The translations under genes and the position numbers were made by a program. The notes under the pieces are model-generated. The model was not told where the DNA came from. It saw nothing but the letters and a program-made list of their open reading frames with translations, and did not search any database. Shown here one piece after another: positions 1 to 9,966 of a stretch of 32,000 nucleotides of DNA. Location of the stretch: positions 1,140,001 through 1,172,000 of the forward strand of contig OY969931.1 of the NCBI GenBank assembly GCA_963704705.1, read 5' to 3'. The stretch is from an uncultured bacterium (GTDB taxonomy: Bacteria; Patescibacteriota; Gracilibacteria; UBA1369; PNNO01). Positions within the stretch are counted from its first letter, which is position 1; each line of letters begins with the position of its first letter.

Positions 1-1
1 T

Positions 2-250
2 AAGAGTAATATGAGTACTTATGTTCAGTTAATTGATGACGACGCAAATAAGACATTAACTTGCATATCAGACGTAAAAGATAAAAAGCCAACTAATGTT
101 GAAAGCGCAAAGAAAATCGGTTTGGAAGTTGCAAAGAAAGCAAAAGAATTAAAAGTTGATACCTGCGTATTTGATCGCAATGGATATAAATATCACGGCT
201 TAGTTAAAGCATTAGCTGATGCTGCTCGTGAAGGAGGACTAAACTTTTAA
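2..250 (+). CDS. rplR: 50S ribosomal protein L18 (5'-truncated by window edge)
   Basis: Open frame from window start; SNMSTYVQLIDDDANKTL...YKYHGLVKALADAAREGGLNF is a typical L18 C-terminal region; followed directly by rpsE. Confidence 0.9.
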   Translation, partial: KSNMSTYVQLIDDDANKTLTCISDVKDKKPTNVESAKKIGLEVAKKAKELKVDTCVFDRNGYKYHGLVKALADAAREGGLNF

Positions 251-286
251 TTACTAATTACTAATTTCTAATAACTAATTATAGAT

Positions 287-838
287 ATGGGAAAACCAGC
301 ACATAAAAAAGGTAGATCACCAATGAAAGAAGTTAAGGAATACGAAGAAGAAGTAATTCAGATTGATCGTGTTACCAGAGTAGTAAAAGGTGGACGAAGA
401 CTTAGATTCAGAGCAACTGTTGTTATTGGCAACAGAAAAGGTAAAGTCGGAATCGGTATCGGAAAATCTACCGAGGTTGCTGCTGCAATTCAAAAAGCAA
501 TCCAAAAAGCTAAACGTTCACTAATTATTGTTCCTATTTTCAGAGATACAATCCCGCACGATATTAAACATAAATTTAAGAGTTCAAGAATTATGATGAT
601 GCCTGCTGGAGAAGGTACCGGTATTATTGCAGGAGGTGCAGTTCGTAAAGTTGTGGAATTGGCTGGAATTAAAAATATTTTAAGTAAATCGTTTGGAACA
701 AATAATAAAGTGAGTAATACTCAATGTGCTTATGAAACTTTAAAACTATTAAGAAAAAGAACAGAAAGACCAAAAGCAGGAGCGACCAAAGCGGAGCTTC
801 TTAAGGAGCAAAGCGAAGCGAAACCATCAAAAGAATAA
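287..838 (+). CDS. rpsE: 30S ribosomal protein S5
   Basis: VIQIDRVTRVVKGGRRLRFRATVVIGNRKGKVGIGIGKSTEVAAAIQKA is the S5 core. Confidence 0.97.
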   Translation: MGKPAHKKGRSPMKEVKEYEEEVIQIDRVTRVVKGGRRLRFRATVVIGNRKGKVGIGIGKSTEVAAAIQKAIQKAKRSLIIVPIFRDTIPHDIKHKFKSSRIMMMPAGEGTGIIAGGAVRKVVELAGIKNILSKSFGTNNKVSNTQCAYETLKLLRKRTERPKAGATKAELLKEQSEAKPSKE

Positions 839-858
839 TTCTATAAATTTAATTTAAA

Positions 859-1410
859 ATGACATTAACAGTATTAAAAAGCAATCAGGGAGCAAGGCAT
901 AAAAGCAAACGTCTTGGACGTGGTAACGGTTCAGGAAAAGGAACTTATAGTGGAAGAGGTATGAAAGGTCAGAAAGCAAGAAGTGGCGGTGGAGTAAGAC
1001 CGGGATTTGAAGGAGGACAAACTCCTTTCGTTCAAAAAATGCCTAAATTAAAAGGATTTAGAAATCCAAATCATATTAATTATCAGGTTGTGAATGTTAA
1101 AGATCTTGAAATGTTTGATAGCGGAGCAGCAATTGATGCAACTTCACTATTTGAAAAAGGATTGGTTGCAAAGAAAAATTTCCCTGTTAAGATTTTAGGA
1201 GATGGTGAAATTACAAAAAAATTAAATGTTAAAGTAAATAGTATTTCAAAAAGTGCTGAAGAAAAAATAACTAAAGCAGGCGGTAAGTGCGAACTTCTAC
1301 CTAAGAAAGAAAAGATTGAAGGAAAAAAAGCAAAAGCTATAAGAGTAGCTAAAGAAGAAAAAGAAGCAAAAGCTGAAGAGGCTCCAGCTGAAGAAGAGCC
1401 TAAAGCATAA
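859..1410 (+). CDS. rplO: 50S ribosomal protein L15
   Basis: HKSKRLGRGNGSGKGTYSGRGMKGQKARSGGGVRPGFEGGQTP is the L15 N-terminal signature; acidic/basic low-complexity C-terminal tail. Confidence 0.96.
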   Translation: MTLTVLKSNQGARHKSKRLGRGNGSGKGTYSGRGMKGQKARSGGGVRPGFEGGQTPFVQKMPKLKGFRNPNHINYQVVNVKDLEMFDSGAAIDATSLFEKGLVAKKNFPVKILGDGEITKKLNVKVNSISKSAEEKITKAGGKCELLPKKEKIEGKKAKAIRVAKEEKEAKAEEAPAEEEPKA

Positions 1411-1424
1411 CCCTCCCCTACTAA

Positions 1425-2723
1425 ATGATTAAATATTTAAAACAAATCTGGAATTCAAAGGATTTACGAAAAAAAATCCTTTTTACAATTTCAATTCTAG
1501 TTATTTATAGAATTTGTACTCAAATATCTATTCCGGGTGCAGATTTGGATGCTATCAGAACAGTAATCAATAAAAACCAATTACTTGGTATTTTCAGTGC
1601 ATTAACAGGTGGATCAGCAAAAAACTTTTCTATTATTTTGATGGGACTTTCACCTTACATCAATGCATCTATCATAATGCAGCTTTTGACTGTAATTGTG
1701 CCGAAACTTGAAAACTTATCGAAAGAAGGTGAAGCAGGAAGAAGAAAAATTAATCAGTATACAAGATGGATGGCTGTGCCAATCGCATTCCTTCAGTCTT
1801 ACGGAATGATTGTACTTATTAATTCACAGGCTGCAGTGCCTATTGTGCCAAATATTGCCGACCCTGCTGTTGTATTGCCGATAATGCTAACTATCACAGC
1901 TGGAACAATATTCTTGATGTGGCTTGGTGAACTTATTACTGAAAGCGGTATCGGAAATGGTATTTCACTTATAATCTTCGCGGGTATTATCGCAAATATA
2001 CCTACAATGTTAGGGCAGATTTTATCACTCGCTTCAGCTGAAACTGAACGTTTGATACCTTTTGTTTTAATGCTTCTCGTAACCATCGCGCTCCTTATTT
2101 TTGTAATTATGGTTACTGAGGCAAACAGACAAATACCAATTATTTATGCCGGAAGAGGAACACGTGGTAAAAGTGACCATGCTGTACTTCCAATAAGAAT
2201 AAATCAGGCCGGAATGATACCTATTATCTTTGCTGTTTCAATGGCAACTTTCCCAGGTGTTCTGGCTCAGTTATTTTCTAATTCCGCTAATGAAACATTA
2301 AAAGCAATAGCAACCGGAATTCAAACATATTTCCACATTAACAGTCCTTTATATATTCTTGTATATTTCGGGCTTGTAATTGCGTTTACGTTCTTCTACG
2401 TAAGCATTACTTTCAATGCGGAACAGGTTGCTGATAATCTTCAAAAACGAGGCGGATATATTCCGGGAATCAGACCAGGAAAAGAAACTTCAGATTATCT
2501 GGGAAAAGTATCAAGCAGATTAAACTTATGGGGAGGTTTGTTTATAGCATTTATTGCTGTTCTTCCTATTATTCTGGGTTCTTTATTTTCATCGCTTAAT
2601 ATGGGAAGTGTTCCATTACTTATAAGCGGTGCAGGAATGATCATCATAGTTGGTGTTGTTCTTGAACTTATAAGACAGATAAACGCTCAGCTTGTGATGC
2701 ACGATTATAGTAAGTTCTATTAA
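1425..2723 (+). CDS. secY: Preprotein translocase subunit SecY
   Basis: 432 aa polytopic membrane protein; RRKINQYTRW, IPIIYAGR, ADNLQKRGGYIPGIRPGKET motifs. Confidence 0.97.
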   Translation: MIKYLKQIWNSKDLRKKILFTISILVIYRICTQISIPGADLDAIRTVINKNQLLGIFSALTGGSAKNFSIILMGLSPYINASIIMQLLTVIVPKLENLSKEGEAGRRKINQYTRWMAVPIAFLQSYGMIVLINSQAAVPIVPNIADPAVVLPIMLTITAGTIFLMWLGELITESGIGNGISLIIFAGIIANIPTMLGQILSLASAETERLIPFVLMLLVTIALLIFVIMVTEANRQIPIIYAGRGTRGKSDHAVLPIRINQAGMIPIIFAVSMATFPGVLAQLFSNSANETLKAIATGIQTYFHINSPLYILVYFGLVIAFTFFYVSITFNAEQVADNLQKRGGYIPGIRPGKETSDYLGKVSSRLNLWGGLFIAFIAVLPIILGSLFSSLNMGSVPLLISGAGMIIIVGVVLELIRQINAQLVMHDYSKFY

Positions 2724-2823
2724 CAGAGGCGCGAACTTTTTAGTGAGCGCAGTGAAAATCACTATTGACAATACATTAGTGTCAAAGGTTAAATGTTTTA
2801 GTGTGTAATTAATTTTTCTTATT

Positions 2824-3462
2824 ATGGATATTCTAATGTTCGGGATTCAGGGTTCAGGAAAAGGAACTCAAAGCAAACTTTTAAAAGACTATTATGAAAT
2901 GGCTTATTTTGAGACAGGAGCGGAACTTCGAAAACTTGCTCAGGAAGACAGTGAACTTGGTCATAAAGTAAAAAGCATTATTGAAGCAGGGCATCTTGTT
3001 GATAATGATGTTGTTATGGAGATAGTTGAAAATTTTATGAAGAGTGTGCCTGAAGGAAAAAGTGTTATTTTTGATGGCATTCCAAGAAAAATGGAACAAA
3101 AAGAAACTCTGGACGCTTTATTAAATGAGCATGGCCGTGAATTTAAAGTTGTTATTTTGGATTTATCAGAAGAGCAGGCATTGGATCGATTAACTAAAAG
3201 AAGAATATGCAGTAAATGCAAAGAGGTCTATCCCGCAAAATATGATAAAGATGTTTGTGAAAAATGCGGAGGAGAACTAATTACACGAACCGATGACAAT
3301 GCTGATAGTATTAAAGTGCGATTAAAAGCTTTTACAGACGAAACCATGCCTGTTATAAATAAATATGAAGAAGAAGGTAAGCTTATCCATGTTGATGGTT
3401 CAGGCGCAATTGAAGAAGTTGATAAATTATTACATGAAACCTTAGATCCAATTTTAAAATAA
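2824..3462 (+). CDS. adk: Adenylate kinase
   Basis: P-loop GIQGSGKGTQSK, FDGIPRK, zinc-type lid CSKCKEVY...CEKCGGEL. Confidence 0.95.
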   Translation: MDILMFGIQGSGKGTQSKLLKDYYEMAYFETGAELRKLAQEDSELGHKVKSIIEAGHLVDNDVVMEIVENFMKSVPEGKSVIFDGIPRKMEQKETLDALLNEHGREFKVVILDLSEEQALDRLTKRRICSKCKEVYPAKYDKDVCEKCGGELITRTDDNADSIKVRLKAFTDETMPVINKYEEEGKLIHVDGSGAIEEVDKLLHETLDPILK

Positions 3463-3468
3463 TAAGGA

Positions 3469-3493
3469 GTGAGCCGGCCTTGAGGCGGCTCAC
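3469..3493 (+). other. Strong hairpin in adk-map spacer
   Basis: GTGAGCCG-gccttgagg-CGGCTCAC, perfect 8-bp arms; no T tract on either side. Confidence 0.6.
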
Positions 3494-3531
3494 GATTACG
3501 CTCGCGAGAAACTCGTTTAACTCGTTTCTGA

Positions 3532-4278
3532 ATGGCAATAATTATTAAAACACCAGAGGAGATAGCAATAATGCGTGAAGCCGGTAAAATACTTCACGAT
3601 ATTTTGGAAGAACTCAAAGGTTTGGCTAAAGTCGGCATAACAACCAAAGAACTCGACCAGCACGCTGAAAAACTTATGAAAAAATATGGTGTAATAGCGT
3701 CATTTAAAGATTATAAAGGCTTTCCTGCTACTTTGTGCACTTCTGTAAATGAAGAAGTTGTTCACACAATTCCCAATAATAGAAAACTTGAAGACGGAGA
3801 TATTCTTACAATTGACTGCGGTGTTTATCATAAAGGTTTCCATAGTGATTCAGCTATTACAATTTTAATCGGGAATGTGGATGAAAAAGTTAAGGAATTT
3901 TGTTTTGTTGTGAAAAAAGCATTAACCGAAGCTATTTCAAAAGTTAAACCCGGAGTTCAGTTAAATGTTATTGGTGACACTATACAAAAAATCATTGAAG
4001 AAAAACATGGCTACAGTGTAATCAAAGAACTTACCGGCCACGGCATAGGCAGACAGCTGCATGAAGATCCTTTTGTATTAAATTATAAAGATATTTCAAA
4101 GGGGCCTGTTCTTGAAGAAGGCATGACAATTGCAATAGAACCGATTGTTGCAATGGGCTCAAGCGAAATTATTACCCTTGATGACAACTGGACAATTGTA
4201 ACAGCTGATAAAATGCCTGCATGCCAATGGGAGCATACGGTTGCGGTTACAAAAGATGGTTGTGAGGTTTTAACTTAA
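3532..4278 (+). CDS. map: Methionine aminopeptidase type I
   Basis: ILTIDCGVYHKGFHSDSAIT, GHGIGRQLHEDPFVLN, EGMTIAIEP metal-binding motifs. Confidence 0.96.
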   Translation: MAIIIKTPEEIAIMREAGKILHDILEELKGLAKVGITTKELDQHAEKLMKKYGVIASFKDYKGFPATLCTSVNEEVVHTIPNNRKLEDGDILTIDCGVYHKGFHSDSAITILIGNVDEKVKEFCFVVKKALTEAISKVKPGVQLNVIGDTIQKIIEEKHGYSVIKELTGHGIGRQLHEDPFVLNYKDISKGPVLEEGMTIAIEPIVAMGSSEIITLDDNWTIVTADKMPACQWEHTVAVTKDGCEVLT

Positions 4279-4334
4279 GTGCCTTTGCCAGGCAATGTAG
4301 GATTGGTCGGTAAAGTGAGATTGCCGGGCAAATG

Positions 4335-5357
4335 CTAGTTGTCCGGATTTCCGTATAGAAGTTCTTTAAGTTTTGGAAGTGCTTTTAACATTGCTTCTTT
4401 GCCTCTTTCAATTGCGGCTTCAGCTTTATCAAATTCCAAAAGTCCGCATTCAACTGTTGGTTCAATTAATAAATCCGGATTTGCTTCTTTAATTCTTAAT
4501 TCTGTACTGTCTTTTGAAGCAATATCAAGTGCACGAAGTGTAATGCCAACTAGTAGTTGCGTATCTTGTTTTCTCTTATTCATAAAATTCTTTAAAAAGT
4601 TCATTTTTTTAAATAAATTTTGGTATTTCTGTTGATGATATTTTGCATAAACCATTCCTGAAATATTTTGCCGTGAAGTAAAGTTAACTAACTTAACCCC
4701 CATTATTACATTGGGGGTCATTTTGTCTTCTCCCTCCCTTAAACAGTTTAAAGGAAGATTATTTAATACTCCCCCATCAATCAAATAATGATCCTGGTAA
4801 AAAGTTGGTGGAAATATTATCGGAATTGATGCCGAAGCTTTAATTGCAGGTTTTAACAAACCTTTCTTAAATATCACTTCCTTTCCGCTTTCCAAATCAA
4901 CTGCAATTGTTGTAAATGGAATTATGCAGTCTTCAAATGTTTTATCTCTAAATAATTGAGTTAAAGCATCCTCAATAAAATCATCTTTTAGAATACTTTC
5001 ATGCAAAAGATTTAAATACCTTGTTGGAGTAATATGTAAATTCTGAAAATTCATAACAATTTTCTTGATTTTATCCAAAGGATATCCAACCGCATACATG
5101 CCGGCCATAATAGCCCCCATACTTGTCCCTGCAATCATATCCGGTTTAATTCCTGCATTTTCTAATACTTCCAATACTCCGACGTGGGCAAAACCTCTGG
5201 CGCCACCACCACCCAATGCTAATCCGAATTTCTTTCGTTTTGGTAATGATTCGCTGCTTGACATTGCTATTTTATTATGTGATTGTATATATTTTACCAA
5301 ATTTTCCGCATAAACACAACCGATTCGACTAATTGCCACCATATTATCAAATATCAC
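4335..5357 (-). CDS. Patatin-like phospholipase (RssA family)
   Basis: Reading the reverse complement gives FGLALGGGGARGFAHVGVLEVL (oxyanion region), GTSMGA (GXSXG) and DGGVLNN catalytic motif. True start may be internal (MSSSESLPKRKK..). Confidence 0.9.
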   Translation of the reverse strand: MIFDNMVAISRIGCVYAENLVKYIQSHNKIAMSSSESLPKRKKFGLALGGGGARGFAHVGVLEVLENAGIKPDMIAGTSMGAIMAGMYAVGYPLDKIKKIVMNFQNLHITPTRYLNLLHESILKDDFIEDALTQLFRDKTFEDCIIPFTTIAVDLESGKEVIFKKGLLKPAIKASASIPIIFPPTFYQDHYLIDGGVLNNLPLNCLREGEDKMTPNVIMGVKLVNFTSRQNISGMVYAKYHQQKYQNLFKKMNFLKNFMNKRKQDTQLLVGITLRALDIASKDSTELRIKEANPDLLIEPTVECGLLEFDKAEAAIERGKEAMLKALPKLKELLYGNPDN

Positions 5358-5510
5358 GGTGCAATATTTTTAATAATTTGCAAGTCAATTTTTTAAATAT
5401 CAGAAATTTTGTTAAAAAGTACTTGATTTAAGGAAATGTAACAAGTATTATCTCTTCGCTGTTTTTTAGTCAAAAAGAGGTATAAACCTTTATTTAAAAC
5501 CCAAATTTAC

Positions 5511-5840
5511 ATGGCAAAAGAGGTGATCGAAATACTTGGTGAAGTTATTGAAACTCTCCCGAACACCACATTTAAAGTCAAATTGATAGACGAGAACTAT
5601 CCTGACCATACAGTATTAGCGCATTTGTCAGGGAAAATGAGGGTTAATTACATCAAGGTTGTACCAGGAGACATAGTTACATTGGAACTAACTCCATACG
5701 ACTTAACAAAAGGCAGATTAACTTTTAGACATAAAACACTAGAAGCAGCTAAAGAAATGATGGCTGAAAGATCAAACAAAGGTAAAAGCGCAGGAGAAGA
5801 CGAACCCGAAGAATCAAACAATACCGATCCTAATAACTAA
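5511..5840 (+). CDS. infA: Translation initiation factor IF-1 with ~30 aa acidic C-terminal extension
   Basis: [16 protein letters not shown]...[39 protein letters not shown]. Confidence 0.94.
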   Translation: MAKEVIEILGEVIETLPNTTFKVKLIDENYPDHTVLAHLSGKMRVNYIKVVPGDIVTLELTPYDLTKGRLTFRHKTLEAAKEMMAERSNKGKSAGEDEPEESNNTDPNN

Positions 5841-5845
5841 TAATC

Positions 5846-5959
5846 ATGAAAGTAAGATCCTCTGTTAAAAAAATATGTGATAAATGCAAAATAATTCGCC
5901 GTGACGGTGTAATTAGAGTTATATGCAAAATTAAAAAACATAAGCAGAGACAGGGATAG
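5846..5959 (+). CDS. rpmJ: 50S ribosomal protein L36 (37 aa, below the ORF track cutoff)
   Basis: Translated directly: [37 protein letters not shown]; C..C..C zinc ribbon, canonical infA-rpmJ-rpsM context. Confidence 0.97.
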   Translation: MKVRSSVKKICDKCKIIRRDGVIRVICKIKKHKQRQG

Positions 5960-6004
5960 ACTATCAATTACTAATTACTAATTTCTAATTACTAATAACT
6001 AATT

Positions 6005-6379
6005 ATGGCTAGAATCGCAGGTGTAAATCTACCAAAAGAAAAAAGAATCGAAGTTGGATTAACTTCAATCTTTGGAATAGGACGAAGTTTAAGCAAAAAG
6101 ATACTTAATGAATTAAATATTGATTTAAATATAAAAGTTAAAGATTTATCAGATGCTGAAGTAGGAAAATTAAGAGAAGCAATTGGAAAATTGACTCTTG
6201 AAGGTGATCTTAGAAGAAAAGTTTCAATGGATATTAAGCGTCTTCAGGATATCGGGAGCTACAGAGGCTTCAGACACAGAAAAAGATTACCTGTAAGAGG
6301 ACAACGAACTAAAACAAATGCACGTACTAAACGCGGAAAGAAAGTTACTATCGCAAATAAAAAAGTTGCTACTAAGTAA
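6005..6379 (+). CDS. rpsM: 30S ribosomal protein S13
   Basis: [26 protein letters not shown]...[28 protein letters not shown]. Confidence 0.97.
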   Translation: MARIAGVNLPKEKRIEVGLTSIFGIGRSLSKKILNELNIDLNIKVKDLSDAEVGKLREAIGKLTLEGDLRRKVSMDIKRLQDIGSYRGFRHRKRLPVRGQRTKTNARTKRGKKVTIANKKVATK

Positions 6380-6403
6380 AACATTAACTACTGACTAATA
6401 ACT

Positions 6404-6799
6404 ATGGCTACAAAAAAAGCTACAACAACTAAGAAAAAAGGTAAAAAAAGAGTAAGCCCTGAATGTAACGCTTACATACAGGCTTCATATAATAATACTA
6501 TTGTTACGATCACTGAACCAACAGGCGATACTATCGCATGGTCTTCAGCAGGTTCAAGCGGCTTTAAAGGCTCAAGAAAAGCAACTCCTTATGCTGCTCA
6601 GGTTGCTGCTGAAAATGCAGTTGAAAAAGCAAAAGCAGCAGGAATCGAAAAAGTTGCTGTATTTGTTAAAGGAGTCGGGCCTGGAAGAGAACAAGCAATA
6701 AGAGGATTAAACGCATCAGGACTTCAGATAATGGCAATCACTGATGTTACACCTGTTCCTCATAATGGTTGCCGTCAGAAAAAACAACGAAGAGTATAA
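6404..6799 (+). CDS. rpsK: 30S ribosomal protein S11
   Basis: [44 protein letters not shown]...[17 protein letters not shown]. Confidence 0.97.
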   Translation: MATKKATTTKKKGKKRVSPECNAYIQASYNNTIVTITEPTGDTIAWSSAGSSGFKGSRKATPYAAQVAAENAVEKAKAAGIEKVAVFVKGVGPGREQAIRGLNASGLQIMAITDVTPVPHNGCRQKKQRRV

Positions 6800-6835
6800 C
6801 TTCAATTACTAATTACTAATATCTAATAACTTATA

Positions 6836-7462
6836 ATGGCAAGATACACAGGACCAAAAGCAAAAATCGCACGAAGAGAAGGTTTAAGCCTTGCAGCTTT
6901 CGGTAATTACGAAGGTAGTGCATTAAAAGCTTGTCAAAAAAAGAACTATCCTCCGGGACATGCTGGTAAAAAAGGAAGTTTTTCAAAACCTTCTGAATAC
7001 TCAAAACAGCTTAGAGAAAAGCAAAAAGCTAAAAGAGTATATGGGATTTTGGAAAAACAATTCCGAAAATACTATACAAGAGCTGATAAATCTCACACAG
7101 CTACTCACAATGCTCTTCTTACACTTCTTGAAAAAAGGCTGGACAATTTTGTTTACAGAGGAGGCCTTGCAGATTCAAGAAGACAAGCAAGACAAATGGT
7201 TACTCACGGCCACTTTAAATTAAACGGAAAAAGAATCGATATTCCTTCTATTGAAGTAAAAGTAGGTGACGTGCTTGAGGTTCGTGAAAAGAATCAAAAA
7301 TCCCCTCTTTACGAAGAATTCACTAAGAGAAAACCAAATTCTCCAAAGTGGATTAAACCAGATTTAAAAGGTCTTAAACTTGAAATGTTACGTGAACCTG
7401 AATTGGAAGACCTTGAACACATTATCGACGCTCGACTTATTGTTGAGTACTACTCTAAGTAA
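6836..7462 (+). CDS. rpsD: 30S ribosomal protein S4
   Basis: MARYTGPKAKIARREGLSL...LLTLLEKRLDNFVYRGGLADSRRQARQMVTHGHFKLNGKRIDIPS. Confidence 0.97.
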   Translation: MARYTGPKAKIARREGLSLAAFGNYEGSALKACQKKNYPPGHAGKKGSFSKPSEYSKQLREKQKAKRVYGILEKQFRKYYTRADKSHTATHNALLTLLEKRLDNFVYRGGLADSRRQARQMVTHGHFKLNGKRIDIPSIEVKVGDVLEVREKNQKSPLYEEFTKRKPNSPKWIKPDLKGLKLEMLREPELEDLEHIIDARLIVEYYSK

Positions 7463-7486
7463 TTACCAATTAATAATTTTATCTCC

Positions 7487-8464
7487 ATGCATCAAATACA
7501 AGAAGAAATTGGAATTCCAAAGTTTCAGCCTCAAAAAAAGGGTGATAATCATATGATATTTACTCTTGGGCCGTTGCCTCCGGGCTATGGAATGACAGTT
7601 GGTAACGCATTAAGACGCGTTTTACTTTCTTCACTTCCTGGAGCAGCAGTTACGGGTGTGAAAATCCAGGGTGTTAGCCATGAATATTCAACCGTTAAAG
7701 GTGTTAAAGATAGTGTACTTGATATAAACCTAAACCTTAAAAAGCTTTATATTCAAAAAGATACCAAAGAACCTTCAACTCTTGAATTGAATGTTTCTAA
7801 ACCGGGAATTGTAAAAGGAAAAGACATTAAATGCCCTACAGGTGTTAAAATTCTTAATCCTGATCAATACATAACTACTATCGAAGGTAAAACAGCAAAA
7901 CTAAAAATGGAACTAAGAGCTGAAAAAGGTGTAGGTTACGAACCGGCTTCCGTAAGAATCAAAACTGAAACAGACCCTAATATTATTGTTTTGGATGCTG
8001 TTTTCACTCCAGTTATTAAAGTTAGATACGAAGTTGAAAATACCCGTGTAGGACAAATGACAAACCTTGATAAATTAAGTCTTGAAATTCAGACTGACGG
8101 AACAATTACTCCTGAAGATGCACTTAAATTCTCTTCTAATATCCTTACTTCTTACTTCAATTTATTTAATGAAGAAGGAATTATGGTTGAAGAAGATTAT
8201 ATGAGTGATTTCGCTAAAATAGCAGCTAAAGAACAAGAACAGGAGAAAACAAAACCTGTTCAGGAATCATACACTCCAATTGAAATTTTAGGATTCTCAC
8301 CTAGAACTCTAAATGCTCTTATTAACGGAGGTATTGGTTCAATTGAACAATTATCAAAATGTACTGAAAGCAAACTTTCTAATCTAAGAGGTTTCGGAAA
8401 GAAAGCTCTTACTGAAGTTGCTGAAGCACTTGATAAAAAAGGCCTTAAATTGGCGGAGGATTAG
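7487..8464 (+). CDS. rpoA: DNA-directed RNA polymerase subunit alpha
   Basis: FTLGPLPPGYGMTVGNALRRVLLSSLPGAAVTGVKI; C-terminal helix-hairpin domain LNALINGGIGSIEQLSK. Confidence 0.97.
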   Translation: MHQIQEEIGIPKFQPQKKGDNHMIFTLGPLPPGYGMTVGNALRRVLLSSLPGAAVTGVKIQGVSHEYSTVKGVKDSVLDINLNLKKLYIQKDTKEPSTLELNVSKPGIVKGKDIKCPTGVKILNPDQYITTIEGKTAKLKMELRAEKGVGYEPASVRIKTETDPNIIVLDAVFTPVIKVRYEVENTRVGQMTNLDKLSLEIQTDGTITPEDALKFSSNILTSYFNLFNEEGIMVEEDYMSDFAKIAAKEQEQEKTKPVQESYTPIEILGFSPRTLNALINGGIGSIEQLSKCTESKLSNLRGFGKKALTEVAEALDKKGLKLAED

Positions 8465-8544
8465 AGCGGAACCACGGCGGAGCTCTTTGGAGCGCCAGCG
8501 GAGCGGAAAAATTAAATACCTATAAACTATATTAATTACTTACA

Positions 8545-8898
8545 ATGCGTCATCAAAATCGAATCAGAAAAATCGGAACAGACCACTCTCACAGAAAATC
8601 TTTAATTAGAAATCTGGCTATGAATGTTGTAATTCATGAAAAGATTAAAACAACTTTAACCAGAGCAAAAGCTGTTCAGCCTTTTGTAGAAAGAATTATC
8701 GGAATCGGGAAAAAAGAGAATAAATTACATGTAATAAGAGAATTAAACAAACTTGTTAACCACGAAAATGCCAGCAAAAAAATTATGGAAGTGTTGGCAG
8801 ACAAGTATAAAGACAGAAATTCCGGTTATACCAGAATTACAAAAGCAGGCTTTAGAGCCGGCGACAACGCATCAATGGTTTATTTAGAACTTGTATAA
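8545..8898 (+). CDS. rplQ: 50S ribosomal protein L17
   Basis: MRHQNRIRKIGTDHSHRKSLIRNLAMNVVIHEKIKTTLTRAKAVQPFVERII. Confidence 0.96.
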   Translation: MRHQNRIRKIGTDHSHRKSLIRNLAMNVVIHEKIKTTLTRAKAVQPFVERIIGIGKKENKLHVIRELNKLVNHENASKKIMEVLADKYKDRNSGYTRITKAGFRAGDNASMVYLELV

Positions 8899-8942
8899 CG
8901 GACGCGAGCGCAAGCGAGTGTCTATAAAAATAATCTAAGATA

Positions 8943-9368
8943 ATGAAAACTTATTCACCAAAAAAAGCAGATATTAACAGAAAGTGGTACCTTGTAGATG
9001 CTAAAGGGCAGACACTTGGAAGACTTGCAACAAAAGTAGCTGTTAAACTTAGAGGCAAAGATAAACCTCTTTTTGCTCCACACGTAGATTGCGGGGATTT
9101 TGTTGTTGTAATCAATGCAGCTGAAGTTGCGGTTACAGGAAATAAAATGGATCAAAAAATGTATTACAGACATAGTGGTTATCCGGGTGCAATTAAAAAG
9201 ACTCCTCTTAAAAAGATGATTCAGTTAAAACCTGAAAGCGTAATTGAAAAAGCTGTTGAAGGAATGATCCCCGGAAACAGACTTAGAAAAGATATACTCA
9301 AAAAACTTAAAGTTTATGCAGGATCAGAACATCCGCATGAAGCACAAAAACCTGAAATTTTAACTTAA
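8943..9368 (+). CDS. rplM: 50S ribosomal protein L13
   Basis: [47 protein letters not shown]. Confidence 0.96.
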   Translation: MKTYSPKKADINRKWYLVDAKGQTLGRLATKVAVKLRGKDKPLFAPHVDCGDFVVVINAAEVAVTGNKMDQKMYYRHSGYPGAIKKTPLKKMIQLKPESVIEKAVEGMIPGNRLRKDILKKLKVYAGSEHPHEAQKPEILT

Positions 9369-9375
9369 TTTTAAT

Positions 9376-9795
9376 ATGCCAGCACAGCCTAAAACTAAAA
9401 AGAAGAATAATTATCATTACGCTAACGGAAAGCGAAAATCATCTATTGCCCGTGTAAGATTAATTCCGGGTGGTAAAGGTGATATCACTATTAATGACAA
9501 AACACTAAAAGAATTTTGTTGTGTTAAGGCTCAAATGGATTGCATTGTTGCACCACTTGAATTATGCGGACTTTCAGGCAAAGTTGATATTACAGTAAAA
9601 GTATTCGGCGGAGGATTCAATGCTCAGGCAGAAGCTATTCGTCATGGAATTTCACGCGCATTGATTGAACTTGATGACGCAAACAGAGTAAGTCTTAAAA
9701 AAGCCGGATTCGTTACAAGAGATTCAAGAATCAAAGAAAGAAAGAAATACGGATTAAAAAGAGCACGTAGAGCTCCACAATTCAGTAAGAGATAA
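9376..9795 (+). CDS. rpsI: 30S ribosomal protein S9
   Basis: [27 protein letters not shown]...[27 protein letters not shown]. Confidence 0.96.
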   Translation: MPAQPKTKKKNNYHYANGKRKSSIARVRLIPGGKGDITINDKTLKEFCCVKAQMDCIVAPLELCGLSGKVDITVKVFGGGFNAQAEAIRHGISRALIELDDANRVSLKKAGFVTRDSRIKERKKYGLKRARRAPQFSKR

Positions 9796-9820
9796 TTTAA
9801 GCTCATTTCAATTTACATTT

Positions 9821-9840
9821 CCGTCCCGGGACGGGATTTT
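9821..9840 (+). terminator. Probable Rho-independent terminator after rpsI
   Basis: Perfect palindrome CCGTCCCGGGACGG followed by G-ATTTT; located 26 nt after rpsI stop and before trmD. Confidence 0.65.
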
Positions 9841-9912
9841 GCTAATTGCCAAATAAGCCCTAGTTAATGCGTGAAATCAAACTTTAACGCTTCAGCACCT
9901 GAAAATTCATAT

Positions 9913-9942
9913 ATGACAATATGTCAAAAATAATGGTATAAA
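9913..9942 (+). promoter_or_regulatory. Possible sigma70-type promoter for trmD
   Basis: ATGACA - 18 nt - TATAAA, 24 nt upstream of ATG. Confidence 0.35.
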
Positions 9943-9966
9943 GATTGCAGTCATAATAAATAATAC

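Noticed and set aside
1799-2086. Antisense ORF inside secY
   Set aside because: Shadow of a strongly conserved coding frame; low-complexity translation.
4339-5313. Plus-strand ORFs over 4339-4635 and 5065-5313
   Set aside because: Antisense to the patatin-like gene, whose catalytic motifs read on the minus strand.
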